Of a stretch of DNA of 64,000 nt, positions 57,679 to 64,000 are shown in pieces (positions within the stretch are counted from its first letter, which is position 1; each line of letters starts with the position of its first letter). The stretch is taken from assembly GCF_009914755.1 (NCBI RefSeq), contig NC_060926.1; one strand, given 5' to 3'. Under the pieces are notes generated by a model. That model was not told the origin of the DNA. It worked only from the letters and a program-made list of their open reading frames with translations, and made no database searches. Source of the stretch: the human T2T-CHM13v2.0 reference genome, Homo sapiens. A program made the position numbers and the translations under genes.

Positions 57679-59284
57679 ATGGCCATCCTCAGAAGTGTGA
57701 GTGGAACAGAGTGAAGGGAAAGCTGTTTTCTTCGAAAGCTCAAAAATATTGAACTTTCAAATAGGGATAAGTGTTACTTTTGCTCCAAGCACACATTTGA
57801 GAAATCTTCCATTTAGCGGATATGATGATAAACCCACATTTTTTGTTTGTTTTAATCTGAAAATGTATTTGTATGGTTCTTGGAAATTTTTTTTGCATAT
57901 AAAATTATAGTTTATCATCTTATTTCAAGTTTTATTTACCATTTGATAGTTACTCCTAAAATGTCATTGATTAAAGAATCATCTATTGCTCCAACTGCTC
58001 TTTACTAAAGGTAATTTGTCTTTTTAACCTCATCAGGCTCCTTTTAAGCTCTCAAACTGACCTTATTTTTTTTTTTACAGATTGAATGCATTAAGTCAAT
58101 TTATTATTTATGATGAATTTATTTATGTATTTATTTTCGCTATCACAAGTAGAAAAAGCCTATAAGTTGCTATGCCAAAAACCTGCCTCTAGATGGCAAA
58201 CAAACCCCACAATACACAAAAGAGAGCCAAATTCTTAGAAACCCTGGGAAAGGAAGAGGGCTACTGTCCCATTAACAACTGGGAGCCCTTAAGGCAAGAA
58301 TGAGGTGGAACATCTGGAACATCTGGGAGGAGACACCAGGGTGCGGAGTAGTGGGGAACCTGCTCTGTGCTCTGAGACTGAAAGCCCAGCCTTGCCTCTC
58401 ACCGCTGCCTTGACTGTGTCCCCATCTGCTGTGAAGTGAATGGTGTCTTCTAAATTCATGCTGAGCCCTAATTGCTGAAAAGTGTAAGACATGCAATGGG
58501 GGGATTATGTGCATCTTCCCGACACCAACATGATGCTCAGGAAGGAGACTTCTTGTTTTCTCTTAGGATTCTTTTACTAACCAAGATTTTGCCTCTACTA
58601 CATATTTCCCTTTGCTGATTGTCCCTCCCTTTTGACAGAAGATGGCCCAGGGCATTCACTACTAAGTCTCAACCTCTTACCCAAAGCCCTCAGTCTAGTG
58701 TTGCTCTTTCCTTCATGCTATTTTTGTTTGTTTCTTTTCTTGTAATCATCTTGGCAATAAAATAATCACTTTTTTCTTTCTACCTATTAAAGATGTTACC
58801 TTAGTTAATTACAGTGGTTTCCTTCAGAATGATAAATGGTCTTTCAAAATGATGTAAAGAGATCTAAATCCGTGTGCTCCAGAAGTTGAATGAAGATCTG
58901 TCTAGCACGGGTGCCAGTGACTCTCCCAGAGTGCTCCATGCAGCTGGCCCCACAGAGTCCCTCTGTGCTGTCATATCACCCACTGCCTTCTGTGAATGAG
59001 CTATTCTGATTAGAATCCTGGTGGATGCTATTTGAGCCAGTGCCCCCACAACTCCTATGAAAGCTGAGGGCCACAGGCCCCTGAAGACAATCACAGGTCT
59101 CTAGACTCACAGCTCATGACCGTCCTCTGCAGACACAGCTTCTCCCCGGATGGCTGAGGGTTGTCATTGGCTGTGTCCTTCCTTGTGCATGACAACAGGA
59201 GACATAGAAGGTCTGTAAGCAGCCCTGCAAGCCAGGTTCTGAGCAAACCCTCCTGTGTGGGGCGCTCTTACCTGGACATAGGTG

Positions 59285-60124
59285 TGTAAACCAAAAATGA
59301 AACTCTAAGCTCCCTAACCAACTGAATGAACTCCTCCTCTCAACCAAGGACACAATCTGAAATACAATGCAGTCCATGATCGGAACGGATGATTGGATAT
59401 GCCTTAACTTACCCTCTTCCCTTTAAAATTCAGGCACAACTGACCAGCTTTTAATATGAAGACAGAGACCTTGAGACTGACAAAGAAAACTCTTCATAGC
59501 AATAAGATACCAATGTGACAGATACCACGTCCTAAGAGAAATCAAAGTATTTTCCCCAAGCTATTGTTATTTAATGTATTTAAAAATGCCTCTGCAAAGC
59601 TGGTTCTTGTGGGAAAAATCTACATTCTGTAGAGATTCCTTTTTAAATCTCTTTCCTGACCCAGAGAGATTTAACTAAGAGTTTGGCACCTTTTAAGTCT
59701 ACTAAGAAACAATTACAATCTATTCTCTCTGAAGCCTGCTACCTGGAGGCTTCATCTGCATGATGCAACCTTGGCTCCAAAACCCTTTTTCTAAACCCAG
59801 AAACTCCCTTGTGTTGATTACAGGTCATTAGATAAACTCTTTCAACCACCTATGAAATCTTTGAATCCACCTATGACCTGGAAGTCCCCAACATCCCCCC
59901 TCCTTCGGGCTGTCATGCCTTTCCATATCAAAGCAATGTACAGCTTACACGTATTGATTGATATCTTATGTCTCCCTAAAACGTGTAAAACCAACCTGTA
60001 GCCCGACGACCTTTGACACACATTCTCAAGACCTCCTGAGGCTGTTTCACTGATATTTCTTTAACTTTGACCAAATAAATTTCTAAAGTGATTGAGACTT
60101 TTCTCAGATACTTATTTGTTTATA
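59285..60124 (+). mobile_element. MER4D/E-type ERV1 solo LTR
   Basis: tgtaaaccaaaaatgaaactctaagc...caggcacaactgaccagc...gaagcctgctacctggaggcttcatctgcatg...tattgattgat...aaataaatttctaaa...tctcagatactt. Confidence 0.85.
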
Positions 60125-60194
60125 GGTATCACTGGATACACTTAAGGAATTGAAGAGATTGATGACATTGAGAAAAGGAGGAAGCCAGGGTGTG

Positions 60195-60196
<2 letters not shown>

Positions 60197-60230
<34 letters not shown>
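60197..60230. repeat. (GA)n microsatellite
   Basis: About 16 GA units. Confidence 0.9.
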
Positions 60231-60234
<4 letters not shown>

Positions 60235-60274
60235 GATGTATGTACAGGACTAACACTGAGACCTGGTTATGTAA

Positions 60275-60741
60275 TGGTGTAGTACTGAGTATCATCCCCA
60301 AATAGTGAGGTTTCATTCCAAGAAGACTATGCATGTATCTCATTTGGGAAAACAGCTTTTGCAGGTGTAAATTAAGGAGCCTGAAACAGGGAGATGGTCT
60401 TAGATTAATCAACTGGGACTTAAATGCAAACTCAAGTGTCCTAAAAAAAAACAAGAGGTAGAGAGACATTTAGCATAGACTGAAGTGGAGAAGGCAGTGT
60501 GAACACAGAGACAGAGATTGCAGTGATGTGTCCACATCCCGGGAGAGAGAAGCCACCAGAAGCTGGAAGAGCTAAATCAGACTGCTCCCTAGAGCTTCAG
60601 AAGGAGCCAGAACTGATGACTCCAAGATCTTAGCCCAGTGAAACTGATCTGGACTTCTGAACTATGAGAGATTCCATTCCTGTTGTTTGAAGCTACCACA
60701 TTTTTGAGAACTTGTCACAGTAGCCCGAGGACACTAACACA
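60275..60741 (+). mobile_element. MLT1D-like MaLR LTR
   Basis: tttgcaggtgtaaattaagga...gccaccagaagctggaagag...cagtgaaactgatctggacttctga...tgttgtttgaagc...actaacaca. Confidence 0.8.
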
Positions 60742-61094
60742 AACGGGGCTCCGGGAAAATCCAGACTAAAGGTGTTGTGTTGGTTTGCAATCTCCTTGCT
60801 TAACTTTCTGATACTAGACGTAAATAGATTGGTGAAAAATTTTGTGATTGAAGAAATGTACATGAAACCTACAGTGTACAGAGAAGCATCTGTTAGTTAT
60901 AAGATAAATATTGATAATTTTAGTTGAAAATGACATATGACTGTTAGTATCTCACATAACATTCTGAGTTACTCAAGAATGCATAAAAGGGGCACTAGAT
61001 ACTCTTCTCATGTATGTGTGTGTGTCTGTCTATACATGTATGTACACTTCATGGTGCATCAGCTGGCGGAACCCTCAGGACAGCCCTTCACATC

Positions 61095-61215
61095 CTCAGT
61101 GCCCCATTTCACACATGAGGAAACTGTTCATGACAGCACATGGCTGATTTGCATAAAAGTCACGTGGTCAGCAGTTGTTGAAGCTGAACTTGGAATCTAG
61201 GTCTGTCTGACCTTA
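61095..61215. mobile_element. MIR fragment
   Basis: ccccatttcacacatgaggaaactg...aagtcac...gaatctaggtctgtctgac. Confidence 0.7.
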
Positions 61216-61531
61216 ACTATGTTCCTTCCACAGAGCCACGTTCATTCCATAGAGGCACCCACCACCTATAAAACCAGGAAAGAGACAAAGCCAGAAGTGC
61301 AGGGTGGATTTCTTAACACAAGCTCACTGCGACCTCTAGTCCTCATCACGCTGACACTAAGCTTAAACCCAGACCCTTCTACAGTTTTGTCTACAAAGCA
61401 CAATTTGCCCAAAGCCTTTACAAACACCAACAGCTTTTCTTTCAGATATGGCAGCAGGGTCACATCTTACACGGCCCTGACCACATTTTGTCTCCTCTGC
61501 CATCCCCATCTCTCTGACTCAGTCCTCGCTT

Positions 61532-61882
61532 GCAGCCATAAAAAAGGATGAGTTCATGTCCTTTGTAGGGACATGGATGAAGCTGGAAACCATCATTCTC
61601 AGCAAACTATCACAAGGACAAAGAAACCAATCACTGCATGTTCTCACTCACAGGTGGGAATTGAACAATGAGAACACATGGACACAGGAAGGGGAACATC
61701 ACACACCAGGGCCTGTCGTGGGGTGGGGGGAGCGGTGAGGGATAGCATTAGGAGGTACACCTAATGTAAATGACGAGTTAATGGGTGCAGCACACCAACA
61801 TGGCACATGTATACATATGTAACAAACCTGCACGTTGTGCACATGTACCCTAGAACTTAAAGAACAATAATAATAATAAAAA
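61532..61882 (+). mobile_element. 5'-truncated L1PA (PA4-6-like) 3' end
   Basis: gcagccataaaaaaggatgagttcatgtcc...ggtgggaattgaacaatgag...ctaatgtaaatgacgagttaatggg...ccctagaacttaaa plus (AAT)n/A tail. Confidence 0.92.
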
Positions 61883-62185
61883 GAATGGGTCTTGTACATC
61901 TAATTTGCCCTACAAATGTTAAAACAGCAAACCCGCATCCCCTTCCTCTTCTCATGTGCTGTGAGGGATGACCTCCAGGCTCTCAGATACCAAGATTGTA
62001 CAAGACCTAACCCAGAGAATTACTCAAGACACTTTCTACGTAAGAAGAATTGTGGTGCTAGCTCTCCTCATAGAAAAATGTTTTCTGTCTCTTGTTGAAA
62101 TTGACAGCAAACACAACAACACAGAACTATTTGGGAGAACAGAGGACAGTGATACACTAGGGAAGTAAAACACACCCCTTCCCCT

Positions 62186-62648
62186 TGCATTGGTTTCCTG
62201 TTGCTGCTGTAACAAATTACCACAACCTTACTGCTCCACATAACACAAGTGTATTATCTTACATTTCTGGAGGTCAGAAGTCTCAATGAAGTAAAATCAA
62301 GGAGTAATAGGGCTCTATTCATTCTAGGCTTCGAGAGAGAATCCAATATCGAGCATTCCATCTTTCTGATGTTCCCACATTCCTAACAGCATGGCCCCTT
62401 CCTCCATCACTCCAGTTTCCCTGTCCGTTGTCCCAGGTCCCCTCTGGCTGTTACCTTCCTCCTTCCCTATTATAAGGACCCTTGTGATTATGATGGTCTC
62501 ACCCAGATAATTCAGGATACTCTCCTGACCCCAAAATTCTCAACCATGTCTGCCAAGTTATTTTTGACATATTCATAAGTAATGATCATAGATTCCAAAT
62601 ATTACGACAATGATGTCTTTAGTGGGTGTATTATTCATTCCACAAACA
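62186..62648 (-). mobile_element. MLT1C-like MaLR LTR
   Basis: tttcctgttgctgctgtaacaaattaccacaa...tctggaggtcagaagtc...tataaggacccttgtgatta...cacccagataattcaggata. Confidence 0.82.
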
Positions 62649-63012
62649 ACCCTCGTCATCCACACAATGGTCTTCCCCTAAGATAGAATAAAAATATCAC
62701 AAGGCAGATTTACGAGGCGATCGACCTAGAAAAAACCTGAGACTCTAGGACTGTCTGATGTGTGGATGTCAAATCCTGGGAGATTCTGAGTCTCTGCTCT
62801 ATGTGGACTCTATGTTGTGTAGCCATTTGTGGAAGGCTTCTGTGATTTTGTGACCTAGAGAAAATGAATCTCTGCTAAAATCAAATCTAAGAAAGATTGG
62901 CAAAGGGAATTTAAAGATTTCCTAAATTTTTGGAATTTCCCTATGCATTAAAACATGAGAAGTGGCAATAATTCAAACCAACGATGCCCTCCAAGAATGA
63001 GGATTTTTCCAA

Positions 63013-63440
63013 TGCATTAGGTTGGGTCCCCTCAGTGAGAAGGATGCCAAAGATTCGCATGCGGGCAGTATATTTACAAAGTGCGGGAAACAAGCAAGTG
63101 AGCAAGGGAGGGGAGGAGGGAAAGGGAAAGTGAAAGGTGCCTCAGAAGGAGCCACCTCTGAGGATGACGAGAGCTCAAGCCCACATAGAAACACAGGAAA
63201 AATGCCTCTGTTATTCCACATGAGAGGTGAGGGAGCTGCGGGATGTGTACACCTCCCTTGTCATCACTGATTGGCAGCCGTCCTAGGGGATGCTAATTCC
63301 AGGCCGTGAGGTCTGCCTCATTTGCAGCCTGAGCTGCTTCCCCAGGTTCAGACAGAGCAGTGAAGGGGAGAAAGGGCCATAGAGAGTCAGCTGAAGTATA
63401 ATGACTAGAATCCCCAAGGCGCAGTAACAATGACTGCTAA
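63013..63440 (-). mobile_element. LTR33-like ERVL LTR
   Basis: cattaggttgggtcccc...gagaggtgagggagctg...gtcatcactgattgg...ctaattccaggc...gactgcta. Confidence 0.6.
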
Positions 63441-64000
63441 AATTATGCACAAAGAAAAAGCGCATTTGAATCCAGAGATGTATCTCTCTGAATCTGGATA
63501 TATGGATCCTGGCAGCCTGTTCAGTAGCCATTTCCCAGAAATCCAGTCCTCTGGAAAAGCAGCAGCAGGTTTGTGCACAGGCTGCACTACCTTGGTCTGG
63601 CCACTGGTAGTCATGCATGAGAACTACTCCCTGGCGTATTTCTCAGTCCACTGACACTGATGTAATTGGCTCCACTTCCCCTGCTGTTGAGCCAGGCCGA
63701 CACGCCCTGGGCAAAGGCATCTGTGTGAAGTATTGAGGTGCAAATCAGTGCTTAAGATATGTTTGGAGGCAAAATACTTTTTCATCTACATGGGCAGTGT
63801 CTTGGCAGAAGATGGAGATTCTCTCTAAATGGATGTGAGACAGGGTGGCTGGCATCTGGGTCAGGATGATGCCCTGGTGCATGGCAAGAACATGCATTGG
63901 GCAGCAGCTGCCCTCGCTAAGGAGAGAGGTTCACTGACCTGGCTTTTCCCCCCTCACCTGCTCTCCAGAAAGCCAGACTCTAGGGCAGATGCTCCTGAGA

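Noticed and set aside
56651-57752. Similar long ORFs over array 2
   Set aside because: Same compositional artefact as array 1.
61145-61154. TGATTTGCAT, matching the Ig-kappa promoter decamer
   Set aside because: It lies within a MIR core and no V-kappa leader or V exon follows; probably a chance match.
63283-63654. Short ORFs near the right end as possible Ig V or other exons
   Set aside because: No Ig framework motifs (WYQQ, YYC) or RSS; the region partly overlaps an LTR33-like element.

Overview
Hominoid (human or great-ape) pericentromeric DNA with no intact cellular protein-coding gene. The window opens in HSat2 satellite (1-3290), passes through a short (CATTC)n tract and then becomes a mosaic of duplicated, repeat-rich sequence (old L1M, L2, MIR, Alu, MaLR/ERV LTRs, Tigger3a, MER20, MER30B). 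Four landmarks stand out. (i) Two co-oriented copies, 34.6 kb apart, of a cassette made of a 142-bp unique leader and a ~0.9-1 kb CpG-rich (GCCGCGGCTTTTTGCCCC)n array. (ii) An unprocessed KSR1 exon-1/intron-1 fragment fused directly to the first array, with both start ATGs lost but the frame and splice donor intact. (iii) A (GAAAT/GAT)n tract. (iv) A full-length L1PA3/4 with dead ORF1/ORF2, an open antisense ORF0, the retained 129-bp ZNF93 site and no visible target-site duplication. I cannot support a wholly new coding system. The best lead is the leader-plus-array cassette acting as a recurrent duplicon boundary. Repeat subfamily names come from recalled consensus sequences and need RepeatMasker/Dfam confirmation.
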